Shown here: in pieces, positions 1 through 9,643 of the stretch | Layout: each line of letters opens with the position of its first letter | How positions within the stretch are numbered: the first letter of the stretch is position 1 | Origin: Chloroflexota bacterium | GTDB taxonomy: Bacteria; Chloroflexota; Dehalococcoidia; SM23-28-2; RBG-16-64-32 | Length of the DNA stretch: 64,000 nt | Direction: 5' to 3' | Assembly: GCA_029262695.1 (NCBI GenBank) | Contig: JAJCYV010000022.1 | Span: 49,787-113,786, forward strand | Position numbers and translations under genes: made by a program | Notes under the pieces: model-generated | Database searches by the model: none | The model's input: only the letters and a program-made list of their open reading frames with translations | What the model was told of the DNA's origin: nothing

Positions 1-100
1 CTCGCCCCCGCAGGCGGGCACGAGACTCGATTGGTCCCGGGCGCACGAGACCGGCGAGAGAGCCTCAGATAATGGCGCCCGTAGCTGGGGGCGACACGTC

Positions 101-1381
101 CTGGCGCTCGGCCTGAACTACAGGCGAGCGCCGATCCACCTCCGGGAGCGGCTCTCCTTTTCGGGCAGGGACCTGGACGATTCCCTGACGGAGCTCAAGC
201 GCCACGTCCCGGAGGGTGCCATCCTTTCGACCTGCCATCGTGTCGAGCTCTACGCCGCGACGAACGACACTGCTGAGGCAACCGAGGCGCTGGAGACGTT
301 CTGGAAGACTGCCAAACGAGTTCAACCTGAGGAGTTCAGGCCGTATGTCTACCGGCTTGCTGACCGGGAAGCTGTGCAGCACCTGCTGACGGTGTCCTGC
401 GCGCTGGACTCAGCGATCGTGGGCGAACCGCAGGTACTCGGGCAGGTGCGGGACGCCCTGCGGCGCGGCCTCGCGGCGAAGTCCATGGGCCGGGTGCTCT
501 CCACCCTGTTCAGACAGGCCGTGACGACCGGAAAACGGGCGCGAACGGAGACGGCGATCGGGCGCAACGCTGCCTCGGTCGGTTCGGCGGCGGTGGAGAT
601 GGCGCGGCGGCATTTCGGTGACCTCAGCTCGGCCCACGTTCTTCTGGTGGGCGCCGGCAAGATGGGCGAACTCGCGGCGAAGAGCCTCGTGGACCGTGGC
701 GCTTCTGAGATCGCGGTTGTTGGGCGCACAGTTGAGCGGGCCCAGCAGCTGGCGGTCCGCTGCGGCAGCACGGCGACGCTCACGCAGCTAGAGGACGGCC
801 TTCGCGGCTGCGACATCGTGATTTCGGGCACCAGCGCTCCCCACCCTGTCATAGTCAAGCAGATGGTGGAGCGGACGATGGAGACCCGCCGAGACCGGCC
901 GCTCCTCATCATCGACATCGCCATCCCCAGGGACGCGGAACCAGCGGTGGCCGACGTGCCCGGCGTGAGCCTCCTGAACATCGACGACCTTCAGGAAACT
1001 GTGGAAACCAACGTACAAGGGCGCCTGGCAGAGGCCGCCGACGTTGAGTACATCATCGAAGATGGGCTGGCGCAGTTCGACGAGTGGATGGACGTCCTCA
1101 GGGTCGTCCCAACCATTACCGCCCTTGTGCGGCGCGCGGACGAGATCCGGGACTCGGAGCTGGCGCGAATGTCCGGAGTCCTGGGACGTCTTCCGGAGCA
1201 GGACCGGCGGCGCATCGAGGCGCTTACACTTGCCATACAGAAGAAGCTTCTGCACCGGTCAATCATGGCCCTGCGGGCGAGCGCTGCCGGCGGCAATGGC
1301 GTAGAGTCGAGCCGTGTCATGTCAGACCTCTTCGGGCTGGCCCCTCCGGCCCGCGAGGTCCAAGGGGAGGAAGTGCGATGA
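101..1381 (+). CDS. hemA: Glutamyl-tRNA reductase (HemA). N-terminus unresolved: the frame is open back to the window edge with no in-frame ATG/GTG/TTG before 374.
   Basis: Translation from 101 reads LALGLNYRRAPIHLRERLSF...CHRVELY..., the canonical HemA N-terminal block. A GxGxxG NADPH site (LLVGAGKMGELAA) and the C-terminal dimerisation region follow. The track ORF 374..1381 is only the distal part of this frame. Confidence 0.8.
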   Translation: MALGLNYRRAPIHLRERLSFSGRDLDDSLTELKRHVPEGAILSTCHRVELYAATNDTAEATEALETFWKTAKRVQPEEFRPYVYRLADREAVQHLLTVSCALDSAIVGEPQVLGQVRDALRRGLAAKSMGRVLSTLFRQAVTTGKRARTETAIGRNAASVGSAAVEMARRHFGDLSSAHVLLVGAGKMGELAAKSLVDRGASEIAVVGRTVERAQQLAVRCGSTATLTQLEDGLRGCDIVISGTSAPHPVIVKQMVERTMETRRDRPLLIIDIAIPRDAEPAVADVPGVSLLNIDDLQETVETNVQGRLAEAADVEYIIEDGLAQFDEWMDVLRVVPTITALVRRADEIRDSELARMSGVLGRLPEQDRRRIEALTLAIQKKLLHRSIMALRASAAGGNGVESSRVMSDLFGLAPPAREVQGEEVR

Positions 1382-2634
1382 TCCCGGTATCCGCGCTATT
1401 GGACGGAAGCGTCCGCCCAGAGGACGCTCTGCGGCACCGGCGGTCCACCGCCAGGCTCCCTTCCCACCTCATTCACTACTCACAGGACAAGAAGCCCGTC
1501 GTTGTCTGGAACGGCACGCGGCGCTGCAACCTGCACTGCATGCACTGCTACGCTTCGGCCACCAACCGGGAGGACCCGGGCGAGCTGACCACAGACGAGG
1601 CCGTGCAGCTCATCGACGACATCGCAGCCTTCGGCTCACCGACGATGCTCTTCTCTGGTGGAGAGCCCCTGATGCGGGCAGACATCTTCGACCTGGCCGC
1701 CCACGCCTCTCGCCGCGGCCTCCGCTGCGTCCTCTCAACCAACGGCACGCTGATCACCGACAAAGTAGCGCGGCAGATTAGCGAGGCCGGGTTCGTCTAC
1801 GTCGGCATTAGCCTGGACGGTATGAGGGACGTGCACGACAAGGTACGCGGCAAGAAGGGCTCATTCGACGAAGCGCTGGCGGGGATCCGCCGCTGCCGGG
1901 ACATCGGCATGAAAGTAGGCGTCCGCTTCACGCTGCACGGCAAGAACGTGCAAGACCTGCCGGCAGTCCTCGATCTGCTGGAGGAAGAGAACATCCCCCG
2001 CTTCTGCATGTACCACCTCGCCTACGCGGGGCGCGGCGATCAGATTCGGCGCTTTGACCTGAGCCCGGCCGAGACGCGGGCCGCCATGGCATATCTGTTC
2101 CAGCGCGTCGAAGACTTCCACCGCCGCGGCATCGGCAAAGAGATACTGACAGTCGACAACCACGTCGACTCCGCCTACCTCTACCTGCGCATGCGCGAAG
2201 AGGACCCGGAGCGCGCGGATGAAGTCCTCCAGCTCCTCGGCTGGAACGGGGGCAACCAGTCAGGGATCGCTGTAACTTCAATCGACCCGGTGGGGAACGT
2301 GCACGCCGATCAGTTCTCGTGGAACTACAGCTTTGGCAACGTCCGGGAGCGGCCTTTCAGCGCTATCTGGCCCGACCGCTCCGATCCCAGGATGGCGGTC
2401 TTGAAGGACCGCAAGAGCCACCTCAAGGGACGCTGCAAGTCCTGCCGGTTCCTCGATATCTGCAACGGGAACCTGCGCGCCCGCGCCGAGAGCTACTTCG
2501 ACGACTTCCTCGCCCCGGATCCGGCCTGCTACCTCACAGATGAGGAGATCGGGATCAGCGCCGGCTCTCCACAGGCCCTTGAAGCAGCGGAATGGCCCGT
2601 ACCCGTCCAGCAGGCCGCGGAGGCAGTTTCGTGA
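1378..2634 (+). CDS. Radical SAM / SPASM-domain protein, AhbC/AhbD/NirJ-like (heme-related radical SAM), paralog 1
   Basis: ATGA overlap with the hemA stop. It has the CNLHCMHC CxxxCxxC radical-SAM motif about 55 aa in, then GGEPL and a C-terminal Cys-rich SPASM-like region (CKSCRFLDICNGNLRARA). The true start is ATG 1378, inside track ORF 1084..2634. Confidence 0.7.
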   Translation: MIPVSALLDGSVRPEDALRHRRSTARLPSHLIHYSQDKKPVVVWNGTRRCNLHCMHCYASATNREDPGELTTDEAVQLIDDIAAFGSPTMLFSGGEPLMRADIFDLAAHASRRGLRCVLSTNGTLITDKVARQISEAGFVYVGISLDGMRDVHDKVRGKKGSFDEALAGIRRCRDIGMKVGVRFTLHGKNVQDLPAVLDLLEEENIPRFCMYHLAYAGRGDQIRRFDLSPAETRAAMAYLFQRVEDFHRRGIGKEILTVDNHVDSAYLYLRMREEDPERADEVLQLLGWNGGNQSGIAVTSIDPVGNVHADQFSWNYSFGNVRERPFSAIWPDRSDPRMAVLKDRKSHLKGRCKSCRFLDICNGNLRARAESYFDDFLAPDPACYLTDEEIGISAGSPQALEAAEWPVPVQQAAEAVS

Positions 2635-3791
2635 ACGACCCGGGCCCGGCCACGCGCGAGACCGGCGCCACAGTGCGCCACGGGATGGACGCCCGCCTGG
2701 CGGAGTCCAACTTTGACCGGTCGCCCTTCGTCCTGGCATGGGAGATCACCCGCGCTTGCGCGCTGTCCTGCCTGCATTGCCGGGCCGAAGCCCAGCCGAA
2801 GCCCGACCCAGACCAGCTAACCAGCAAGGAGGCGCTGAGCCTGGTCGACGAGATCGCGGAGATGGGCAACCCCATCCTCGTGGTTACCGGCGGCGACCCG
2901 CTTATGCGCCGCGATGCCTTCGACATCCTTACTTATGCCGTCCAAAAGGGGCTGCGCACGTCCCTGACACCCAGCGCCACGGCACTGGTGACACCAGAGA
3001 ACCTGGCGCGGGTACGAGAGACCGGCGTCAGTCGCGTAGCGATCAGCCTTGACGGCCCCTCCGCCGAAGTCCACGACCGCTTCCGCGGCTTCCGTGGCTC
3101 CTTCGATCGGACGCGGCAGATCATGCGAGACGTGATCGAAGCTGGTCTCTCTCTTCAGATCAACACGACCGTTAGCCGCTACAACCTGCCTGTCCTGGAG
3201 CAGATGCCGGACATAGTCGCACAGGCGCAGGCCGTCCAGTGGAGCGTCTTCTTTCTCGTGCCCACGGGCCGGGGCAAGGAGAGCGACATGATTTCAGCAG
3301 AGGACCACGAGCGGCTCTTCAACTGGCTATACGACCTCTCCCGCAGCGCGCCGTTCGACGTCAAGAGCACCGCCGCGCCCGCCTACCGGCGGGTGGCAGT
3401 ACAGCGGGCCCAGAAGGAGCAGCACAACGGCGCCGATGGCCGGCCGATAGCTGGTGCAGGTTACCGTTTCCAGGACGGTCTGCACCGTCCCACGCTGGGT
3501 GTGAACGACGGCAACGGGTTCTGCTTCGTTTCCCACGTTGGCGAGGTCTGCCCGTCCGGCTTCCTCCCGCTATCAGCAGGCAACGTCCGCACCCAGGGCC
3601 TCGCCGACCTGTACCGAAACTCGAAGCTGTTCCGCGATCTGCGCGACCCCGCAGAGCTGAAGGGCAAGTGCGGCGTCTGCGACTTCCGTAGCGTGTGCGG
3701 CGGCAGCCGCGCCCGGGCCTGGGCGGTAAACGGCGACTACCTCGCGGAAGACCCCTCGTGCGTGTATTCGCCGGCTGAGGAGCCGGCGTGA
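2631..3791 (+). CDS. Radical SAM / SPASM-domain protein, AhbC/AhbD/NirJ-like, paralog 2. Alternative starts are ATG 2592 and ATG 2685.
   Basis: CALSCLHC radical-SAM motif, GGDPL, and a C-terminal CGVCDFRSVCGGSRARA SPASM-like block. Its architecture parallels the upstream gene. GTG 2631 overlaps the upstream stop as GTGA. Confidence 0.65.
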   Translation: MNDPGPATRETGATVRHGMDARLAESNFDRSPFVLAWEITRACALSCLHCRAEAQPKPDPDQLTSKEALSLVDEIAEMGNPILVVTGGDPLMRRDAFDILTYAVQKGLRTSLTPSATALVTPENLARVRETGVSRVAISLDGPSAEVHDRFRGFRGSFDRTRQIMRDVIEAGLSLQINTTVSRYNLPVLEQMPDIVAQAQAVQWSVFFLVPTGRGKESDMISAEDHERLFNWLYDLSRSAPFDVKSTAAPAYRRVAVQRAQKEQHNGADGRPIAGAGYRFQDGLHRPTLGVNDGNGFCFVSHVGEVCPSGFLPLSAGNVRTQGLADLYRNSKLFRDLRDPAELKGKCGVCDFRSVCGGSRARAWAVNGDYLAEDPSCVYSPAEEPA

Positions 3792-4054
3792 ACGCGGTGC
3801 GAACCGGCGATGAGGAAGTTAAGCGCAGGAGCGCCGGGAGGATCGTGCTAAGGATCGTAATGAGGGTTGTGATGCCCTCGTTGATGCTTGGCTTCGCGGC
3901 GTACACGGTGGCAAACGGTGGACTCCAGGGTCTGGTTGCCCTGCTCCCCATTCTGGCCGCGCACGTCGTTGGCTTCCTCGTGATCTTTCCGCTTTGGGTC
4001 CGCTTCCGGCGAAGGCGCGTCGCCACTTCCGCCGCGGTGCCTGATGGCAACTGA
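3788..4054 (+). CDS. Small hydrophobic membrane protein (hypothetical), translationally coupled on both sides
   Basis: GTG start overlapping the radical-SAM stop (GTGA). The 88 aa product has two hydrophobic helices. Its 3' end overlaps the start of the next gene. Confidence 0.3.
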   Translation: MNAVRTGDEEVKRRSAGRIVLRIVMRVVMPSLMLGFAAYTVANGGLQGLVALLPILAAHVVGFLVIFPLWVRFRRRRVATSAAVPDGN

Positions 4055-4682
4055 GGCCACCAACCGGCGATCTCTCCTGAGGCCCGTTGGCATCGGCCTT
4101 GCGGCCCTTTTCATGGGGCTGCTCCTATTGGCAGGCGCCTGGATGCTCTGGATCTTCGTACTTCGTCCCCCGCCCGACGGTTTCGCCCCCACCACCGGTG
4201 AGGCCTCCGGCATCGATGACCAGCAGACAAGCGTGCTTCAGTACACGATCGACGCCAGGAGTCGAGAGGACTGGGTGTACTTCAGCTTCGAGGAGGGGAT
4301 GGTCATATCCACCTCACAGGACGCGCTGGACTGGGACCTGGCGGTCCGCCGCAACGACCTGCTCACCAACGGCGGCGAAAGCAACCCGCTGGGCATGGGT
4401 GGGGCCGTCGATCTGGGCAAAGTCACTCTTGCTGAGGCTGTGGCGCCCAGCGACGGCTTTCTGACAGACGAGACCCACGAAGACCGCGGGCTTGAAAACC
4501 CGGACTTGCACAAGTGGTACAACTACAACTGGACTACGCACATCATAACGAGCAAGGACCACACCTACGCTCTCCGAACACCGTCGGGTGAAGTGGCGCT
4601 GCTGACCTTTGTCTCCTACTACTGCGATGACGGATCATCGGGCTGTGTAACGTTCCAGTACCGCGGGCCCGAAGAGCGCTGA
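4044..4682 (+). CDS. HmuY-like (heme-binding-family) protein with N-terminal membrane anchor
   Basis: N-terminal TM helix (IGLAALFMGLLLLAGAWMLWIFVL). Core DWDLAVRRND...NGG resembles the HmuY-family W-D-x-A-F-R-N / NGG signature, and a Cys-containing C-terminus (YYCDDGSSGCVTF) follows. Confidence 0.4.
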   Translation: MATEATNRRSLLRPVGIGLAALFMGLLLLAGAWMLWIFVLRPPPDGFAPTTGEASGIDDQQTSVLQYTIDARSREDWVYFSFEEGMVISTSQDALDWDLAVRRNDLLTNGGESNPLGMGGAVDLGKVTLAEAVAPSDGFLTDETHEDRGLENPDLHKWYNYNWTTHIITSKDHTYALRTPSGEVALLTFVSYYCDDGSSGCVTFQYRGPEER

Positions 4683-4751
4683 GCGCTCGCTTCAGGACTC
4701 CCTCTCCGTATCTAGACACACCCGAACACAGGGCCCCACGGTCGGTAGGCT

Positions 4752-6404
4752 CTAGCTTCGCTGATGCACGTAGAACGCCACGGCCTCTGGCGGCGGCGGG
4801 GCGTTCCGGAGGATCAGGTCCGCAGCCTTCTCGGCGATCATCATCACGGGAGCGTAGATGTTGGCGTTGGTCACGTAAGGCATCACTGAGGCGTCCACCA
4901 CCCGCAGGTTCTCCAGGCCATGAACCTTCATGCTCGCCGGGTCGACAACGGCCATGCCGTCAACACCCATCTTGCAGGTGCCTGAAGGATGCAGGGCCGA
5001 CTCGCCGTCTCTGGCTACCCAGTCCAGGATATCCGGGTCGCGATGCACTTCCGGACCGGGAGAAATCTCACCACCGCTGAACTCTGTGAATGCGGGTTGG
5101 TTCAGTATGCTCCTGGCGCAGCGGACGGCTTCAACCCACTCACGACGGTCCTCGTCTGTGGAGAGGTAGTTGAACCTGAGGCTCGGATGATCATTCACAT
5201 CGGTGCTTCTGATCTTCACCGAACCGCGTGCACTCGAGTACATCGGCCCGACGTGCAGCTGATAGCCATGCCCCGAAGTCGGAGCGGACCCATCGTATCG
5301 TATCGCGAGCGGCAGGAAGTGAAACATCACGTTGGGGTAGTCAACGTCCTCGTTGCCGCGCACGAACCCACCGGCCTCGAAGTGATTGGTCGCGGCAGGC
5401 CCCTTCCTGTTGAAGAGCCACTGGAATCCAATCCACGGCTTGTTCGACCACTTCAAGGCGGGGTACATCGAGACCGGTTTCGTGCACGCGTGCTGAACGT
5501 AGACCTCCAGATGGTCCTGCAGGTTTTCGCCCACACCTGGAAGGTCGTGCAGGACCTTGACTCCGAGGCGTTCCAGCTCAGCGGCGTTGCCAACGCCGGA
5601 AAGTTGCAGCAGTTGTGGCGAGTTAAATGCGCCACCGCAGCAGATCACTTCGCCCCCGCGAACCACCCGGGGTTTACCACTACCGTGGGTGTACTCGACG
5701 CCGACCGCCTTCTTGCCTTCGAAGAGAATCCTTGTAGCGACCGCCGCAGTCTTGACTGTGAGATTGCCCCGGCTCTTCACGGGGTGCAGATAAGCACGTG
5801 CGGCGCTCAGTCGGCGTCCCCTCTCGATGTTGCGATCGAAGCGAGCGAAGCCTTCCTGGCGATACCCGTTCACGTCGTCAGTAAGCGAGTAGCCGGCCTG
5901 CTGCACAGCCTCGAAGAACGCCTCGAACAGCGGCGTCTCCCCGGGCCCTCGCTCCAGGACCAGAGGCCCGGAGTCACCGCGATAGTCGTCGCCGCCCGCA
6001 GTACACGTCTCCATTCGCTTGAAGTACGGCAGGCAATGAGCGTAGTCCCAGTCGCCCATCCCCTCGTCGCGGCTCCACTTCTCGTAGTCCAGCGGATTGC
6101 CACGCTGGAAGATCATGCCGTTGATGCTGCTCGAACCGCCGAGCACCTTTCCCCGTGCGTGATAGATGCGCCGGTTGTTCATGAACGGCTCCGGCTCGGA
6201 CTCATAGCACCAATCGTAGAACCTGTTGCCGTTGGGATAGGTCAGTGCAGCAGGCATGTGAATGAAGATGTCCCAGAAGTAGTCCGGCCGGCCGGCTTCC
6301 AGAACCAGCACCTCTCGCGTGCGATCTTCACTCAGCCGGTTCGCCAGAACGCAGCCCGCCGACCCCCCGCCCACGATGATGTAGTCGTACGTCTTCTGCG
6401 CCAT
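4752..6404 (-). CDS. GMC-family FAD oxidoreductase (choline dehydrogenase-like)
   Basis: N-terminal [25 protein letters not shown] fingerprint, GMC signature [18 protein letters not shown], and a C-terminal GTCKMG active-site region. The real start is the MAQKTYDY Met at 6404 inside track ORF 4752..6509. Confidence 0.8.
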   Translation of the reverse strand: MAQKTYDYIIVGGGSAGCVLANRLSEDRTREVLVLEAGRPDYFWDIFIHMPAALTYPNGNRFYDWCYESEPEPFMNNRRIYHARGKVLGGSSSINGMIFQRGNPLDYEKWSRDEGMGDWDYAHCLPYFKRMETCTAGGDDYRGDSGPLVLERGPGETPLFEAFFEAVQQAGYSLTDDVNGYRQEGFARFDRNIERGRRLSAARAYLHPVKSRGNLTVKTAAVATRILFEGKKAVGVEYTHGSGKPRVVRGGEVICCGGAFNSPQLLQLSGVGNAAELERLGVKVLHDLPGVGENLQDHLEVYVQHACTKPVSMYPALKWSNKPWIGFQWLFNRKGPAATNHFEAGGFVRGNEDVDYPNVMFHFLPLAIRYDGSAPTSGHGYQLHVGPMYSSARGSVKIRSTDVNDHPSLRFNYLSTDEDRREWVEAVRCARSILNQPAFTEFSGGEISPGPEVHRDPDILDWVARDGESALHPSGTCKMGVDGMAVVDPASMKVHGLENLRVVDASVMPYVTNANIYAPVMMIAEKAADLILRNAPPPPEAVAFYVHQRS

Positions 6405-6710
6405 GTAGCCTACTGTACGGTCGGCCGGAGCGCATGGAAAGAAGTGCATCGCATCGCAACACGCACCCAGAACTGATTGTCTCCTGCCTGTGGGGTGCCA
6501 AAATGCCATCCGTATCTGGAAGTGTTAGGGCGTGAAGCCTCCTCCAAGAGCGAAGTTGACTTTGCGGCCCAGTTGAGTGAGCACGGGCGGAGTGCTTGTG
6601 CCGTCTCATGGGCGCGCCGTTCCCACGGGAGCAATTTGCCGTGCCGTTCGCTAGAATAGGGCACGGCCCCGGTCAGACCCACGCAAGACACCCCCGGAGA
6701 GAGGACTGAA

Positions 6711-7874
6711 GTGTTCGAAGCGATTCCCGAAGAGAAGATGATCCGCGAGTTCGTGCGGCAGGTCGCCAGACAGTACGACCGCAAGTACTGGCTGGCGAAA
6801 GCCCGTGAGGGTGCTTTCCCGGACGAGCTCTGGCAAGAGATGGCGGCCGGTGGATACCTGGGGATGATGATCCCGGAGGAGCACGGAGGCGGCGGGCTCG
6901 GCCTGCAGCAGATGGCGGTGCTCCTTGAGGAGATGGGCCATCACGGCATCCCGCTGCTCCTATTGGTGGTGGGCAACGTGATGGACGCCGGCCTCATCGC
7001 CAGGTACGGGAGCGAGGAGACGAAGGAACGCTACCTGCCGCCGCTTGCCCGCGGCGACCTGCGCTTCTGCTTCGCTCTGACGGAGCCGACGGCCGGCTCG
7101 AACAGCTTCCGGATCGAGACTTCGGCGAAGCTGGACGGCGACTCGTACGTGCTCAACGGCCAGAAGATGTTCATCACCGGCGTCGACGCCTCGGATCACC
7201 TGCTCGTCGTCGCCCGCACGACAGCGTTCGAAGAGGTGGAGGACAAGCGGGAGGGGCTCTCGCTGTTGATCGTGGACCGCCACGCGCCCGGCATCACGCT
7301 GCAGCCGCTGGAGATGGGCGTACTCCATCCGGAGACACAGTTCGCGGTCTATTTCGATGACGTCCGCGTGCCGCGTTCTGACCTCATCGGCGAGGAGGGA
7401 AGGGGCACCCGGTACCTGTTCGACGCCCTCAACCCGGAACGCATCACGGCCGCGGCGGTCGCGGTGGGGCTGGGCCGCCACGTGCTGGACAAGGCTGTGA
7501 ACTACGCCAAGGAGCGCGTCGTCTTCGACCAGCCGATCGGCACCCACCAGGGGCTGGCGCACCCGCTGGCGGAGGCGAAGACGCACCTCGAACTGGCGGC
7601 CGTGATGACTCGATACGCGGCGTATCTGGCTGACGAGGGCGACAAGCTGACGGCCGGCGAGTACGCCAACATGGCAAAGTTCGCCGCGGCCGACGCGGCC
7701 ACCGAGGCCTGCGACGTGGCGATCGAGGTACACGGAGGGAGCGGTTTCAGCACCGACGTTGACCTCCTCGAATTGTGGCCGTACATTCGGATGCTGCGCA
7801 CGGTGCCGGTCTCGCGCGAGATGATCCTGAACTACATCGGCGAGCACGTCCTCGGTCTGCCGCGCTCGTACTGA
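6711..7874 (+). CDS. Acyl-CoA dehydrogenase family protein
   Basis: GTG start after a GGAGAGAGGA RBS. ACAD middle-domain motifs (FCFALTEPTAGSN...) and a C-terminal helical domain (YIGEHVLGLPRSY-like tail). Confidence 0.75.
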   Translation: MFEAIPEEKMIREFVRQVARQYDRKYWLAKAREGAFPDELWQEMAAGGYLGMMIPEEHGGGGLGLQQMAVLLEEMGHHGIPLLLLVVGNVMDAGLIARYGSEETKERYLPPLARGDLRFCFALTEPTAGSNSFRIETSAKLDGDSYVLNGQKMFITGVDASDHLLVVARTTAFEEVEDKREGLSLLIVDRHAPGITLQPLEMGVLHPETQFAVYFDDVRVPRSDLIGEEGRGTRYLFDALNPERITAAAVAVGLGRHVLDKAVNYAKERVVFDQPIGTHQGLAHPLAEAKTHLELAAVMTRYAAYLADEGDKLTAGEYANMAKFAAADAATEACDVAIEVHGGSGFSTDVDLLELWPYIRMLRTVPVSREMILNYIGEHVLGLPRSY

Positions 7875-7924
7875 CGGGGCCGCAGCCACGATGGCACAAT
7901 CGGTTAATAGTGAGGAGAACAAGC

Positions 7925-9643
7925 ATGGGTGACGTCACCGGAGGAGAGCTGCTCGTAAGAAGCCTGCATGCCGAGGGTGTGCGCCACGTCTGGGCGATCC
8001 CCGACGGGACGTACATGATCTTCCTGGAGGCGCTTGAGCGGTTGGGACCGGAACTCGGCATGGAGCTTCTGGTCCCGGACCACGAGGCTGCTGCCGCGCA
8101 CGCAGCAGACGCCATGACGCGCGTGACGGGGAAGCCTGCCGTCGTCATGGCCTGCGCCGGGCCGGGTGCCGCCAACCTGATCTCCGGCGTCCTCTGCGCG
8201 CAGGATGAAGGCAGCCCGCTGATCGCGATAACGACGACGCGCCGCTCAGATATCGCCTACCCGCACCTCGGCGGCATGCAGGTGTTAGACCAGATGGCGT
8301 ACTTCAAGCCGGCGGTCAAGTGGAACACTCAGGTGAAGCAGTGGAAGCGAATACCGGACGGGGTTCGCCAGGCGTTTCGGGAGGCGATGACGGGGCGGCC
8401 TGGTCCCGTGCACATCGAGTTCCCCGAGGACGTACTCGCTCAGAAGGGCGACCTCGATAGCGTCTCGCTCTGGGTGCAGGAAGAGGGCTCCACCGCGCCC
8501 GCCCCGGCCGATCCCGACCTCGTCCGCCGCGCCGCGGAGATGCTCGTCGACGCTCGGTTGCCGCTGATCCACTGCGGCGGTGGCACGCAGCGCTCAGGTG
8601 CCGGCGCCGAGATCCGCGCGCTCGCGGAGTACCTCGGCTGCCCCGTCACGATGGGCGCCGGTTCGCGGGGCATCGTGCCGGATGGCCACGAGCTGACGCT
8701 ACAACCGACCTCGCCAGCTTCCGCCGTTGCGAAGAACATGGCCGACGTCGTCCTCGCGATCGGCACGAGGCTGGGCGAGCTCGACTTCTGGGGAAAGCCG
8801 CCGGTCTGGGCGGCGCCCGGGCAGCAGAAGCTGATCCAGTCTGACGTCGACCCCCGCAGCATTGGGCTCAGCCGCCCTGTCGACCTTGCCCTCGTGGGCG
8901 ACGCTAGGGCGGTTGCGGGACAGCTGCTGGGGGCCGTGCGCGAGCTGACGCCGAAGCGTGAGGCGCACGAGCAGATGTCCTCGATCCGGGCCGCCGAAGA
9001 GAGTTGGCGCGAACAGATGGACGCACGCATCGCCAACCTGGACCGCAGGCCGATGGTGTCGGGCCAGATCTTCGCCGTCACGAACGAATACTTCGCCGAT
9101 GACGCCATCGCCGCTCTCGACGGCGGCAACACCTGCGTCTGGGCCGCGCACTACCTCAAGGCGCGGGCGCCACGGTCCATGCTCTGGACATCCAACGCCG
9201 GGCACCTGGGAACGGGCCTTCCGTTCGCCGTCGGCGCGAAGATCGCGGCTCCCGACCGGACCGTCTTCTGCGTCACGGGCGACAGCGCCTTTCGCTTCAA
9301 CATGCAGGAGCTGGAGACGGCCGTTCGTTACGAGCTTCCGATCATCGTGATCGTCGCCGTCGATGGCGCGTACGGTATGGAGAAGAGCGCCCAGCGCCGC
9401 GTCTTCGGCCGCGAGGCGGACTGGTACGGCAGCAACCACGCGCCCGTACGCTACGACAAGGTCGCCGAGGCGATGGGCTGCCACGCCGAGTTCGTCGAGA
9501 GCGCTTCGGAGCTGTCCGCCGCGCTCGAACGAGCGACCGCAAGCGGACGGACCGCGGTGATCCACGCGGCCGTAGATCCTGTCGAGAACATTGACCCTCC
9601 GGGCCTCGCGCTCTGGTCGGCTGCGAGGGCCGGCGCCGCGTGA
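7925..9643 (+). CDS. Thiamine-pyrophosphate-dependent enzyme (acetolactate synthase / benzoylformate decarboxylase family)
   Basis: ATG 7925 follows TGAGGAGAAC. There are TPP N-terminal (GVRHVWAIPDG), central and C-terminal TPP-binding domains. The C-terminal GDSAF.FNMQELETA...N motif is the GDG-x24-N TPP/Mg site. The start is internal to track ORF 7775..9643. Confidence 0.75.
   Translation: MGDVTGGELLVRSLHAEGVRHVWAIPDGTYMIFLEALERLGPELGMELLVPDHEAAAAHAADAMTRVTGKPAVVMACAGPGAANLISGVLCAQDEGSPLIAITTTRRSDIAYPHLGGMQVLDQMAYFKPAVKWNTQVKQWKRIPDGVRQAFREAMTGRPGPVHIEFPEDVLAQKGDLDSVSLWVQEEGSTAPAPADPDLVRRAAEMLVDARLPLIHCGGGTQRSGAGAEIRALAEYLGCPVTMGAGSRGIVPDGHELTLQPTSPASAVAKNMADVVLAIGTRLGELDFWGKPPVWAAPGQQKLIQSDVDPRSIGLSRPVDLALVGDARAVAGQLLGAVRELTPKREAHEQMSSIRAAEESWREQMDARIANLDRRPMVSGQIFAVTNEYFADDAIAALDGGNTCVWAAHYLKARAPRSMLWTSNAGHLGTGLPFAVGAKIAAPDRTVFCVTGDSAFRFNMQELETAVRYELPIIVIVAVDGAYGMEKSAQRRVFGREADWYGSNHAPVRYDKVAEAMGCHAEFVESASELSAALERATASGRTAVIHAAVDPVENIDPPGLALWSAARAGAA

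Noticed and set aside
349-981. Long antisense or alternative-frame ORFs in the track (for example 349..981-, 2278..2739-, 3361..4050-, 8699..9565-, 17800..18645+, 23214..23912+, 36574..37311-, 39871..41115+, 41054..42211-, 50680..52134+, 57170..58120+)
   Set aside because: They overlap well-supported genes on the opposite strand or in another frame. Their Arg/Ala/Pro-rich composition is typical of spurious ORFs in high-GC DNA, and they carry no recognisable motifs.
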